This document shows, piece by piece, positions 1 through 8,926 of a stretch of 57,469 nt of DNA. This DNA comes from an uncultured Candidatus Micrarchaeota archaeon (lineage in GTDB: Archaea > Micrarchaeota > Micrarchaeia > Anstonellales > Anstonellaceae). Where the stretch lies: positions 1 to 57,469 of the forward strand of contig CAITKI010000153.1 of assembly GCA_903892905.1 (NCBI GenBank), given 5' to 3'. Made by a program: the position numbers and the translations under genes. The notes under the pieces are model-generated. The model was not told the DNA's origin. It made no database searches and saw only the letters and a list, made by a program, of their open reading frames with translations. Position 1 is the first letter of the stretch; every line of letters starts with the position of its first letter.

Positions 1-449
1 ACCCAATAAATGGCTGCGCCAGATGTGCCAAATGGGCTTATTTTTATCACGTTGTAGCCGAGCGTGTACAGCTTCTCACTTTGCCTGTGCGTTAGGCTGC
101 TTGCAAGAAATAGGTTTCCGCTCAGGTCAAACTCCTTCTTTTCTTCCTCTTCCCAGTCGCTATCAATTGCCGTTTCCGGCTCATCTTCCTCGGGTTCTTC
201 CGGCTCTGTCTCTTTGATTGCAGGCTTTACTGGCTCGCGGACGAGTTCTGGCAGGATTTTCTTTGGAGGATAGATGATATCGTGGGCTTTATCGTAAATC
301 CACCAGAGGATTATCGCGATTATGTATCCGATGACAAATGGCAGGACTATCAGCGCGGCAAAGCCAATGGCTGACAGCACGAGCGCCACTCCGAGCAGGA
401 CCAGAGAGCCAATCACCAAACGCTCTAGGAGGTCGTATTCATTGACCAT
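1..449 (-). CDS. Hypothetical membrane-anchored protein, truncated by the window edge; cargo of the integrated element
   Basis: Not in the ORF track. Manual translation from ATG 449 is open to base 1: MVNEYDLLERLVIGSLVLLGVALVLSAIGFAALIVLPFVIGYIIAIILWWIYDK... with two TM segments and an acidic linker (EPEEPEEDEPE). It starts 2 nt after the integrase stop. Confidence 0.75.
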   Translation of the reverse strand, partial: MVNEYDLLERLVIGSLVLLGVALVLSAIGFAALIVLPFVIGYIIAIILWWIYDKAHDIIYPPKKILPELVREPVKPAIKETEPEEPEEDEPETAIDSDWEEEEKKEFDLSGNLFLASSLTHRQSEKLYTLGYNVIKISPFGTSGAAIYW

Positions 450-451
450 GT

Positions 452-1651
452 CTATTCCTCCAGCAACTCCTTGTCCAGCCCCATCGCGAAAACCTTCTTG
501 ACCAGGAGCGCCTTCACTTCCGGGTCCTGCATCAGGACGTTCATTATTCCGTTCCCCTGCTTGTTGTAGTCTGCGATCAGTACCTTTTCGTCAAACGGAT
601 TGCCGCACCTGCCGCAGAAGGATTGCGTTGGCGAGTTCTTTTCTTTGCAGCGGGAGCAGATTCGAAGGTCGAGCTTGGGCTCCTTTTCGATTGGTTTGTC
701 TTTCATGGAATACAATTGCAGAAGAGCGGTGTCAACATCCCTGCCGGACAAATGAACATACGTTGCCGCCATTTCGCTTCCCTGTGTCCAGCCGAAGTAT
801 TCCTTCATTTGTGCTTCAGTTAGCTTGTTTGCGAGGGAAGTTGCTCGGCTGTGGCGGAAAAGATGCGGGTAAATGCGCTTCCTTATGCCGCTTGCCTTGC
901 TTGCCCGTCTTAGCATTGCGAGAATCGAGGGATAGGCGCAAGGCACTGGCTGGTAGCGTGCAAGCCTCGCAGGCCATAATGGCGCATCCGGGTTGTCTTT
1001 GTCCGGGTGTTCCTGAAGCCATGCGGCAAGAACCTGAACGCTTGCGATTATTCTTACTCGTCTGCTGCCAGTCTTGCCATTCACCATTAAAACAACGCCA
1101 TAATTGTCGAACTGGACGTTCTTGAGCTTGAGATATAGCATTTCACCTATGCGGCATCCTGACTCGTATAATGCCAAAATGAGCGCCTTGTCGCGTGGAT
1201 TGGTGGTTGAGTTGGCGAGCTTTTGCACTTCTTCAACTGTCAATAATTCCTCTGGCAATTTGTGCGCCTTGTTGCTAAGTTTCGGCTTGAGCCATTTTAT
1301 GACCTTGGGAAACTCTTCGTCCTTGCCGAGAAGCCACTTGTAGAACATTTTGAGCACGATTTTGAAGTCGTAGCGTGTGTATTCCGCATAGTTTTTGGAG
1401 TCAATATCGGTAACCAGCCGGATCAGGTCTGTTTTTGTGGCAGTCGAAAAATCCTCGTCGAGCCACTGCGCAAGCAGGCGGACACAGTACATGCACTTCA
1501 CAACGCGGAGCTTGCCAGAGCCCTTGGCAAGACGAATCCGTGCGAAGTTTTCAATCTGCGTCTTGGCTTTCGCAGGCAAAGCCGAGACCTTCAATCTTCC
1601 CAGCTCCCGCTCGAAGTTGGTTTGCGATTTGTACATAACATACTCGTTCAT
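452..1651 (-). CDS. Tyrosine recombinase/integrase with C-terminal zinc ribbon
   Basis: Catalytic motifs SGCRIGE (R), GKTG (K), HLFRHS (HxxR), FGW and ATYVH (Y); C-terminal CSRC...CGRC; GAGGTG SD upstream. Confidence 0.93.
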   Translation of the reverse strand: MNEYVMYKSQTNFERELGRLKVSALPAKAKTQIENFARIRLAKGSGKLRVVKCMYCVRLLAQWLDEDFSTATKTDLIRLVTDIDSKNYAEYTRYDFKIVLKMFYKWLLGKDEEFPKVIKWLKPKLSNKAHKLPEELLTVEEVQKLANSTTNPRDKALILALYESGCRIGEMLYLKLKNVQFDNYGVVLMVNGKTGSRRVRIIASVQVLAAWLQEHPDKDNPDAPLWPARLARYQPVPCAYPSILAMLRRASKASGIRKRIYPHLFRHSRATSLANKLTEAQMKEYFGWTQGSEMAATYVHLSGRDVDTALLQLYSMKDKPIEKEPKLDLRICSRCKEKNSPTQSFCGRCGNPFDEKVLIADYNKQGNGIMNVLMQDPEVKALLVKKVFAMGLDKELLEE

Positions 1652-1694
1652 GGGTGCGCACCTCGGAGTGAGCCCCCTGTCCTGCTTGACCTTC

Positions 1695-1702
1695 TATATA
1701 AA
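1695..1702 (-). promoter_or_regulatory. TATA box of the integrase
   Basis: TTTATATA on the minus strand about 45 nt upstream of the ATG. Confidence 0.5.
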
Positions 1703-1911
1703 CCTAGGCGAGACACGCAACGAGGAGGAGTTAGGGCATTGACGAGGGCAGCAAGATGCTTCTTTTTCATGCCAATATTATTTCGGCAGGGGTCTCATTA
1801 TGGTTCGTGCGTAATTTGGCATTATTGTGCAGGCCCTATGAGCTGCGGATTGACGCAAGGGCAGGCGTGCATTGATGACGTGCAGAGGTACAACTATAGT
1901 ATCATACAAGG

Positions 1912-2024
1912 TGCAGGGAGGGAGATTCGAACTCCCGAAGACCTAAGTCACCAGATAACGCATGCCGCGCCGTAGCGCGGAGATCTTGAGTCTGGCGCGT
2001 TAAACCGGGCTCCGCCATCCCTGC
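1912..2024 (-). tRNA. tRNA-Leu(CAA) with a 28-nt intron at canonical position 37/38 (intron 1957..1984)
   Basis: Acceptor stem GCAGGGA/TCCCTGC, anticodon stem CCAGA/TCTGG, loop CTCAAG|A, long variable arm, T-arm GGGAG-TTCGAAT-CTCCC. 85 nt after intron removal; CCA not encoded. Confidence 0.93.
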
Positions 2025-2044
2025 GGGGCTATTGAGGTGGCTTT

Positions 2045-2052
2045 TATTTAAA
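2045..2052 (-). promoter_or_regulatory. TATA box of tRNA-Leu
   Basis: TTTAAATA on the minus strand 21-28 nt upstream of the mature 5' end. Confidence 0.55.
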
Positions 2053-2054
2053 AA

Positions 2055-2909
2055 TCAGAGCAGGCTCGCCGCATAACCCAGCAGCCCCACGCCAAGCGCG
2101 AGAAGGGAGGTTTTGCGAAGAGAGATGAGCGTGGCTTGGTCTTTTTCCGATGCGCGCGCGGACAGGTACGCCATTGCTGCGAAGGATAATGCTGTGAGAA
2201 GGACTAGCCCTAATGAGAGGATGTTCGCGCGAAGCCCAAGGGCGAATGGCCAGAGCGAAATGGGGACCAGGAATGCATAGAGGATGGCTGCGGCATGAAG
2301 AGCATTTTTCTTTCCGATGACAACGGGCAAGGTGCGCGCGTTGCGATGTTTCACGTCGCCTTCCATGTCCTCGGCGGATTTGATTATTTCCCTGCCCAAT
2401 CCCGCCACGAATGCCACGAGAGCGATTGCCCAGATGCGCGCGAAGATGCCAGGCGCCACCACGAGGTTCCCGAAAAGGAAGGGAATGGCCATGGAGGCGG
2501 CTATGTAGATGTTGCCTATGAGGGGAAGTTCCTTGAGCTTGAAGTTGTAGATTATCGAGAGCGCGGCAAATATGAGGGTGATGTAAAGCGCGGCGGTAGA
2601 GAGGGGAAGCGCGGCTGCGATGCCGATTATGTAGCAGGCTGCGGCTGCAAATAGCGCGGATTGCGGCGAGATTTCGCCTGATGCGAGCGGGCGGTCCTTG
2701 CGCTTGTTTGCTTTGTCTGTCTTGACGTCAAAGTAGTCATTGAGCGCAAATGAGCCCATTTCTATGAAGACAGGCACTGCAAGGGAGCAGATGATGAGAG
2801 GAAGCGCAGGAAGCGCGCCTGAGAGGAGCTCGCCGATTAGCACTGCCACGGCTAGCATGAGCGCGTGCTCTATCCGAAAAAGCCGCATGTAGGCAGAGAA
2901 TGCTCCCAT
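2055..2909 (-). CDS. UbiA-family prenyltransferase, likely digeranylgeranylglyceryl-phosphate (DGGGP) synthase
   Basis: NDYFDxxxDxxNKxxxRP and REIIKSAEDMEGD motifs; multiple TM helices. Confidence 0.88.
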   Translation of the reverse strand: MGAFSAYMRLFRIEHALMLAVAVLIGELLSGALPALPLIICSLAVPVFIEMGSFALNDYFDVKTDKANKRKDRPLASGEISPQSALFAAAACYIIGIAAALPLSTAALYITLIFAALSIIYNFKLKELPLIGNIYIAASMAIPFLFGNLVVAPGIFARIWAIALVAFVAGLGREIIKSAEDMEGDVKHRNARTLPVVIGKKNALHAAAILYAFLVPISLWPFALGLRANILSLGLVLLTALSFAAMAYLSARASEKDQATLISLRKTSLLALGVGLLGYAASLL

Positions 2910-2970
2910 GGAATGGTTCTGAGGGGGAGGTTTAAAAGGACTATTTCCCCTCTCTTTTACGTGAGAGGAT

Positions 2971-3888
2971 ATGGAAATATTTCACATAGGTTTGCCCAGG
3001 ACGTTCCTTGGCGTGGAAAATTCCGGCAGGAATTTTCCAGAAGTGGAGCCCAGGGGCTCCACTAAGATTCCGAATGAGGGGAAGAAGGCACGCTACGTCG
3101 TGCTTTCCTCGCCTTACGAGGGCACGGTGTCGTACGGCACTGGCACGAAAAAGGGGCCTAACGCGATAATCGAGGCTTCGCGCCAGGTTGAAACGTATGA
3201 CATTGAGTCTGGCAAGGACTTTGCCGAGTGCGGCATATACACTGCCGACGAGCTGGAAGTGAGCCATGCCTCGCCTGAGAAAAACTGCGAGTATGTGCAG
3301 GAGGCAGTGGAAGCTGTCCTGAAAGAAGGCAAGGTGCCTGTGCTGCTTGGCGGGGAGCACTCGGTGTCAGTGGGCGCTTTCAATGCCATTGCCGCGAGGA
3401 AAGGCGCGGGAGACATCTCGGTGCTGCATTTGGATGCCCATGCGGACATGAGAGATGAGTACGAGGGAACAAAATGCAACCATGCCTGTGCAATGAGGCG
3501 GTGCAGGGAGAAGCTGCATGCTGTTTCTGTTGGCATCAGGAGCTATTCGCTTGAAGAGGCTGAAGAGATTAAGAAGCAGAAATGCGACATTTTCGGCGTG
3601 GAGTTTAGTGAGAGCGACGTGGTGAAGAAGCTCCGCAAGGACGTTTGGGTGACAATTGACCTGGATGCATTTGACCCGTCTGAATGCCCTGCAGTGGGCA
3701 CGCCTGAGCCAGGAGGCATGAGGTGGAAGCAAGTCATTTCGCTTTTGAAGAAAGTTTGCGAGACGAAGAGAGTCATTGGGTTTGACGTGGTGGAGCTTGC
3801 CCCTATCCCTGGGCAGCACGTGAGCGATTTCCTTGCTGCGCGGCTAGTTTACAAGTTAATCTGCTACATGGAAGCAAACAGGAAGTAA
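2971..3888 (+). CDS. speB: Agmatinase
   Basis: Ureohydrolase motifs GGEHS, DAHAD, DLDAFDP, GTPEPGG, DVVE. Confidence 0.92.
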   Translation: MEIFHIGLPRTFLGVENSGRNFPEVEPRGSTKIPNEGKKARYVVLSSPYEGTVSYGTGTKKGPNAIIEASRQVETYDIESGKDFAECGIYTADELEVSHASPEKNCEYVQEAVEAVLKEGKVPVLLGGEHSVSVGAFNAIAARKGAGDISVLHLDAHADMRDEYEGTKCNHACAMRRCREKLHAVSVGIRSYSLEEAEEIKKQKCDIFGVEFSESDVVKKLRKDVWVTIDLDAFDPSECPAVGTPEPGGMRWKQVISLLKKVCETKRVIGFDVVELAPIPGQHVSDFLAARLVYKLICYMEANRK

Positions 3889-3900
3889 GGAGTGGCTATC

Positions 3901-5181
3901 ATGGCGGACGAGACAAAAACTTCGGCATTGTCTGGCTTTTACAAGCTAGCGCGCAGCGAGAGGATTGCCAAGGTGGCTGCATTTTCTGGCTTGTCCGAGG
4001 AGCAGAAAAAGCAGCTGGCATCAGATTCGCCGCTGGGATTTGAGGTGGCAGGGAGGATGGCGGAAAACGCGCTTGGCCTTCATGCCATGCCGCTTTGCGT
4101 TGCCACCAACTTCATAGTGAATGGCAGGGAAGTGCTGGTGCCCATGGCGCTTGAAGAGCCCTCGGTGGTCGCTGCGGCGAGCAATGGGGCAAAGCTTTGC
4201 AGGGACACTGGCGGCTTTTTCGCGGTTGCGGACGCGCCTGTCATGGTGGGGCAGGTCCAAATTGTGGGCCTGAAGGACGCTGGGAAAGCTGTGCGCGAGC
4301 TAAACTCGAAAAAGGCGGAGATAATGAAAGCTGCCGAGCCATATGCTTCCGGCATTGCAAAGTATGGCGGCGGCATAAGGGCGTTTTCCGCAAGGACGCT
4401 TCCTACCGAGCGCGGCGAAATGGCGATTGCGGAATTTGACGTTGATGTAAGGGACTCCATGGGCGCAAATACAATCAACACCATACTGGAGGGCGCGGCA
4501 CCTAAAATCGAGGAGATATCCGGCGGAAAGGTGCGCCTGCGGATACTCTCCAACCTCGCTGTGAAGCGCCTGGTGAAGGCAAAAGCTGTTTGGAAGCGCG
4601 ACACCATTGGCGCAGACGCGGTGGAAGGCGTGCTGGATGGATGGGCTTTTGCTGATGTTGACATTTACAGGGCATGCACGCACAACAAGGGCATAATGAA
4701 CGGCATTGACGCGGTTGCCGTGGCAACAGGCAATGACTGGCGCGCAGTGGAGGCAGGCGCGCATGCGTTTGCTGCCACGGGAGGCAGGTACCGCTCGCTT
4801 ACGCGCTTCAAGAAACTCGCGAATGGCGATTTGGAGGGAGAGATTGAGCTGCCGCTTGCAGTGGGAACGGTGGGAGGCGCGACGCGCTCGCTCCCCTCTG
4901 CGCAAGCATCGCTTGCCATTTTGGGCGTGAAAACGTCGCAGGAGCTTGCGTGCGTGATGGCATCCGTGGGGCTTGCGCAGAACTTTGCAGCGCTGCGCGC
5001 GCTTTCAACTGAAGGGATACAGAAGGGGCACATGGCGCTCCATGCGAAAAACCTCGCCATTGCCGCAGGCGCGGCAGGGGAGGAGGCGGACAGGATAGCC
5101 GAGCGCATGATTTCTGATAATGACATTTCTGCCAAAAAGGCAGCCGAACTGCTTTCTGGCATGAGGAAAGGGAAAAAATAG
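3901..5181 (+). CDS. mvaA: HMG-CoA reductase, class II (bacterial/degradative type)
   Basis: EEPSVVAAAS, DSMGAN, RILSNL, THNKGIMNG, GNDWRAVEAG, GIQKGHMALH. Confidence 0.92.
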   Translation: MADETKTSALSGFYKLARSERIAKVAAFSGLSEEQKKQLASDSPLGFEVAGRMAENALGLHAMPLCVATNFIVNGREVLVPMALEEPSVVAAASNGAKLCRDTGGFFAVADAPVMVGQVQIVGLKDAGKAVRELNSKKAEIMKAAEPYASGIAKYGGGIRAFSARTLPTERGEMAIAEFDVDVRDSMGANTINTILEGAAPKIEEISGGKVRLRILSNLAVKRLVKAKAVWKRDTIGADAVEGVLDGWAFADVDIYRACTHNKGIMNGIDAVAVATGNDWRAVEAGAHAFAATGGRYRSLTRFKKLANGDLEGEIELPLAVGTVGGATRSLPSAQASLAILGVKTSQELACVMASVGLAQNFAALRALSTEGIQKGHMALHAKNLAIAAGAAGEEADRIAERMISDNDISAKKAAELLSGMRKGKK

Positions 5182-5190
5182 GTGCTTTTG

Positions 5191-6918
5191 ATGAAATTTG
5201 ATACCAAGGAAATTATTGCGATTCTCATTGTCTTCCTGCTGCCTTTAGGCATTGGGCAGTTTGTGGCAAAGACCACGCTTCCAGAATACGGCGCGGCCGT
5301 GCAGATGATGGGCAGCGCTGGCGCGCAGCCCGTGAATATTGCAGTGGCGTCCGCGCTTGAGAAAGTTTATGCTGCCATCATGGGCATGCCTGCCATATCC
5401 GCGTCAGCAATCGTGGGCTTCCTGCTCATATTCCCGCCCCTGCTCCTTGCATTCACGTCGCTGTTCTTGTATTTTGCATGCAGGGAGATGGGATACAAGA
5501 AGGCGCAGTCTGTGTTTGCAGCGGCGCTTTTCGCCCTCTCTTCCACTGTGTCGCTTTCCTTCCTCCCAGGCGTATATGGAAGCGCGCAGCTTGCCATGCT
5601 TCTCTTCGCGGCGTTCCTGTACCCGTTCGCCGCCTTTGCCCAAAAGCCCTCCAGGGTGGAAATGCTGCTTGCAGCCGCAGTGCTTGGCCTGGCAGCCGGC
5701 TATGTGAATGCTGCCTTTGCGCTTGCAGGAGTGGCGTTCGCGGTTGCATTTGCTTTTGCGCATCACAAAAAGAAAGAGGGGAAAAACTACCTGGCGATGC
5801 TTGGCGTGCTTGCGCTTGTTTTCGCTGCTGCCGGCTTTTTGTCCCCTGACAAGTCCCTGCTTGAATTCTCCGCAGGCAACCTCGCGCAGGCTGCAAGCGG
5901 CATGCCGTTCCTCTTCGCAGGGGCTGCGGCCTGCATAGGGCTTTTCTTTTTCAGCAAGAGGGACTCGGAGTATTTGGCGCTCCTATTGCTTGCGATGGCG
6001 CTTTCGTGCTTTTCGCCGCTTGCCGCATCCATTCTCCTTGTTTTCCCGGTTGCAGAAGGCACGGCAAGGATGATGGAGGACATTTCCAAGTCAGCAAAGC
6101 TTGCGGCGATTTTTGCCTGCGCATTTTTCCTGGTGTTCGGGCTGGTTTACGGCGGCCTGGCAATCTACCCTGCGCTTGGCGCCGCAGTGATGCTCGCGGT
6201 GCTTGCGCCGCTGGTGCTCCACTTCTACGACTACAACGCGCGCGCGGTGTTTTCAGTGATGGGCGCGGGCCTGCTGCTCTTCTCTCTGTTCTTCGCGCTT
6301 TTCGTGCAGCTGCCGCCCATAAAGGCAGGCTACCCAAGCTATACCGACCCTGCGCTTGCGCAGGCGCTAACTTATCTTTCAGGGAACAGCGCCCAGAGGC
6401 TATCCACGCTTGAGAGAGTGGATGCCTTGGCATTCTACCTGCCAGGCGTGCAGCGCGAGAATGCCGCGAATGCGGAGAAGCTCCTGCTTTCTGGCAATGC
6501 AACCCTGGAACCAGGCACTTACCTCCTGTTCTCGCTGCCCACGCTTGAACAGCTGGCGCCAAAAGGCGGGTTTGACGTCTATTACTATGCGCAGAACTAC
6601 TCCAACAGCGGCGTCACCTATGCGCTGTTCATTTCGCAGCAGGGAAGGCTGATATCCCGCGAGCTTACAAGCAGCGGGAAATTCGCCCTGAAAGACGGCG
6701 CGGCGCTTGACAGCTACGGAAGCTATTATGCCCCGGTCTCGCTTCCGCGCATGGTGATGCTCTCGGACAGCAAATCGATAAGCGACAAGGCAAACAGGAT
6801 GCTGGTGCTTGAGGAGGGCGGCGTGCCGCCGCATGTGGCAGACATCTATTCCGGCAGGGATGCTGGCATGGCGCTTGCAAAGGAGTTTTCCGGAGTGGCT
6901 GTTTACAAGGTGAAATGA
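5191..6918 (+). CDS. Polytopic membrane protein, degenerate STT3/AglB-like (GT-C fold), lacking WWDYG
   Basis: Many TM helices followed by a soluble domain that parallels the AglB C-terminus by eye (see findings). Confidence 0.55.
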   Translation: MKFDTKEIIAILIVFLLPLGIGQFVAKTTLPEYGAAVQMMGSAGAQPVNIAVASALEKVYAAIMGMPAISASAIVGFLLIFPPLLLAFTSLFLYFACREMGYKKAQSVFAAALFALSSTVSLSFLPGVYGSAQLAMLLFAAFLYPFAAFAQKPSRVEMLLAAAVLGLAAGYVNAAFALAGVAFAVAFAFAHHKKKEGKNYLAMLGVLALVFAAAGFLSPDKSLLEFSAGNLAQAASGMPFLFAGAAACIGLFFFSKRDSEYLALLLLAMALSCFSPLAASILLVFPVAEGTARMMEDISKSAKLAAIFACAFFLVFGLVYGGLAIYPALGAAVMLAVLAPLVLHFYDYNARAVFSVMGAGLLLFSLFFALFVQLPPIKAGYPSYTDPALAQALTYLSGNSAQRLSTLERVDALAFYLPGVQRENAANAEKLLLSGNATLEPGTYLLFSLPTLEQLAPKGGFDVYYYAQNYSNSGVTYALFISQQGRLISRELTSSGKFALKDGAALDSYGSYYAPVSLPRMVMLSDSKSISDKANRMLVLEEGGVPPHVADIYSGRDAGMALAKEFSGVAVYKVK

Positions 6919-7910
6919 TGGTGGACATTGCATTCCTCGCGGCGATACTTGCAACTGCTTTCTGCCTCACCTCGTTTGCCATGCCCGCGGTGATAAGGAA
7001 AATGAATGCTGCAGGCATTGTGGGCCACGACGTCAACAAGCCGGGCAGGCCTGAAGTTGCCGAGATGGGGGGCATAGGAATTGTGATGGGCGTGGTAGGC
7101 GCGCTTTTGCTTGCAATGGCAATGAAGACATTCTTCGGCTATCCGTTCAGCCTGGATGACATCATGGCCGCCATGCTCACCATGGTGATAATCGCCCTCA
7201 TCGGGATATTCGACGACCTGTTTGACATGAGGAAAGACGTGAAAACTTTGCTGCCCATGGTTGCCGCGCTTCCGCTCGTGGCGCTGGCAGCTGCAGGGAG
7301 CACCACGGTTTCGCTTCCCTTCATAGGCGCATTTGACTTTGGCATTTTCTACATCATCGTGCTCATTCCGCTGGGAGTCACTGTGGCTGCCAACCTTACC
7401 AACATGCTTGCAGGCTTCAACGGCATGGAAGCTGGCATGGGCAGTGTGATATTCGCCTGCGTGGCGCTTTTGGCAGTGGCAAACGGCTCCACCGAGATGG
7501 GCCTGATTGCGGTTGCGATGCTAGGCGCATTGCTTGCTTTCCTGCGCTTCAACTGGTACCCTGCCAGGGTGTTCATAGGGGACATCGGCACGCTTTTGAT
7601 CGGAGGCGCGCTTGCGGTTGCCGTGATCGTGGGCAACCTGGAGTCTGCAGGCGCAATACTGGTGATACCGTACCTGCTTGACTTTGTGATAAAGGCGTAC
7701 AACAGGTTCCCAAGCACGCTCTGGTGGGGCGAGTGCGGCAAGGACGGAAAACTCCGCCCGCTTGAGGGAAAGGTGCGCGGGCTTTGCCAGCTTGTGATGA
7801 AAGCAACAGGGGGCATAAGCGAGCAGAGGCTGGTGCTCCTGTTCATCGCAGCGGAAGGGTTATTTGCCTTGCTTGCGATTTTGCTGTATGGAAGGAAGCT
7901 CTTCCCCTGA
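6915..7910 (+). CDS. aglH: UDP-GlcNAc:dolichyl-phosphate GlcNAc-1-phosphate transferase (GPT/MraY family)
   Basis: DVNKP..EMGG, GIFDD, NMLAGFNGME, FNWYPARVFIGDIG. Confidence 0.88.
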   Translation: MMVDIAFLAAILATAFCLTSFAMPAVIRKMNAAGIVGHDVNKPGRPEVAEMGGIGIVMGVVGALLLAMAMKTFFGYPFSLDDIMAAMLTMVIIALIGIFDDLFDMRKDVKTLLPMVAALPLVALAAAGSTTVSLPFIGAFDFGIFYIIVLIPLGVTVAANLTNMLAGFNGMEAGMGSVIFACVALLAVANGSTEMGLIAVAMLGALLAFLRFNWYPARVFIGDIGTLLIGGALAVAVIVGNLESAGAILVIPYLLDFVIKAYNRFPSTLWWGECGKDGKLRPLEGKVRGLCQLVMKATGGISEQRLVLLFIAAEGLFALLAILLYGRKLFP

Positions 7911-7982
7911 GGCGCATGATGATGCTGGTGGAAGGGCGATGGCATCTGCCAGCGCGCCTGATGATTGTTTGGAGTTGATGTT

Positions 7983-8909
7983 GTGATTGTAGTAACCGGC
8001 GGCTCTGGCTTTATTGGCACGCACCTTTGCGGCAGGCTGATTGACGACGGCTATGACGTGAGGGTGGTGGATATAGCCCCTCCGAAAGCCGGCGTGAAGG
8101 CAGAGTTCGTGCGCGCATCCGTGCTTGATGCCGCGCGCCTCACGAAAATGCTTGAGGGCGCGGAGGGCGTGGTGCACCTCGCGGCGCTCATAGACGTTGC
8201 ATCTTCAGTGGCAGACCCTTTCTCGGACTTCTCGGTGAATGCCGCAGGCACCATAAACGTGCTTGAGGCCGCAAGGCATGCGGGAGTGAAGAAAGTGGCG
8301 TTTGCATCCTCTGCCGCGGTGTATGGCGAGCCATTCAGGCTGCCCGTGGACGAGGAGCACCCGACCGCCCCGCTGTCCCCATATGGCGCGGCGAAGCTTG
8401 CAGCCGAGAGATATGTGCTTTTGTACAATTCGCTTTACGGCATGGAGAACACCGCGCTGCGCCTTTTCAATGTCTTTGGCGAGGGGCAGAATGCCTCCAG
8501 CCCGTATTCGGGCGTGATAACCAAGTTCGCGGACGCCATAACCGAGGGCAACCAGCCCATAATTTTCGGCGACGGCGAGCAGACGCGCGACTTTGTCCAT
8601 GTGGATGACGTGTGCGATGCGTTCGTGCGCGCCATTGAGGGCCAGGGGTGCAGCTCGCCCCTGAACATCGCATCCGGCGTGGAAACCTCTGTGGCGGAGC
8701 TTCTTGAGACCATGTGCGGCATCTGCGGCGCTGACTTTTCCCCGACATACATGCCCGAGAGGAAAGGTGAGATCGCGCGCTCGGTTGCCGACATCAAGCT
8801 TGCAAGGAAGAAGATAGGCTACTCCCCGCGCATGGCGCTCTCGCAGGGGCTGCGCGAGATATTGGAGGCCAAGGACGGCGAGCGCTCCATTTTCAAGCCG
8901 AAGAAGTGA
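7983..8909 (+). CDS. NAD-dependent epimerase/dehydratase (UDP-Glc/GlcNAc 4-epimerase-like)
   Basis: TGGSGFIG, SSAAVYG, YGAAK, RDFVHV; GTG start after GGAGTTGA. Confidence 0.88.
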   Translation: MIVVTGGSGFIGTHLCGRLIDDGYDVRVVDIAPPKAGVKAEFVRASVLDAARLTKMLEGAEGVVHLAALIDVASSVADPFSDFSVNAAGTINVLEAARHAGVKKVAFASSAAVYGEPFRLPVDEEHPTAPLSPYGAAKLAAERYVLLYNSLYGMENTALRLFNVFGEGQNASSPYSGVITKFADAITEGNQPIIFGDGEQTRDFVHVDDVCDAFVRAIEGQGCSSPLNIASGVETSVAELLETMCGICGADFSPTYMPERKGEIARSVADIKLARKKIGYSPRMALSQGLREILEAKDGERSIFKPKK

Positions 8910-8926
8910 AAGCGGACTATTTTTCC

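Larger units (their letters stand above)
1..1911. mobile_element. End of a putative integrative element or provirus inserted at the tRNA-Leu 3' end
   Basis: Tyrosine integrase lies about 260 nt from the tRNA 3' end. The second att copy is not in the window. Confidence 0.6.

Noticed and set aside
1262..1975. 237-aa plus-strand ORF
   Set aside because: Antisense to the integrase and runs into the tRNA; no motifs.
3015..3074. Bulge-helix-bulge mRNA intron in agmatinase (GGAA/TTCC core)
   Set aside because: The predicted cuts remove 53 nt and create an immediate stop, and the exon helix is missing. A similar check on the 48-nt aglB insert also gave an out-of-frame product, and the 93-nt insert has no bulge-helix-bulge geometry.
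7934..7968. Fluoride riboswitch-like GGCGATGG...CTGATGA
   Set aside because: Lacks the AAAC junction and a convincing pseudoknot; the downstream gene is unrelated to fluoride.
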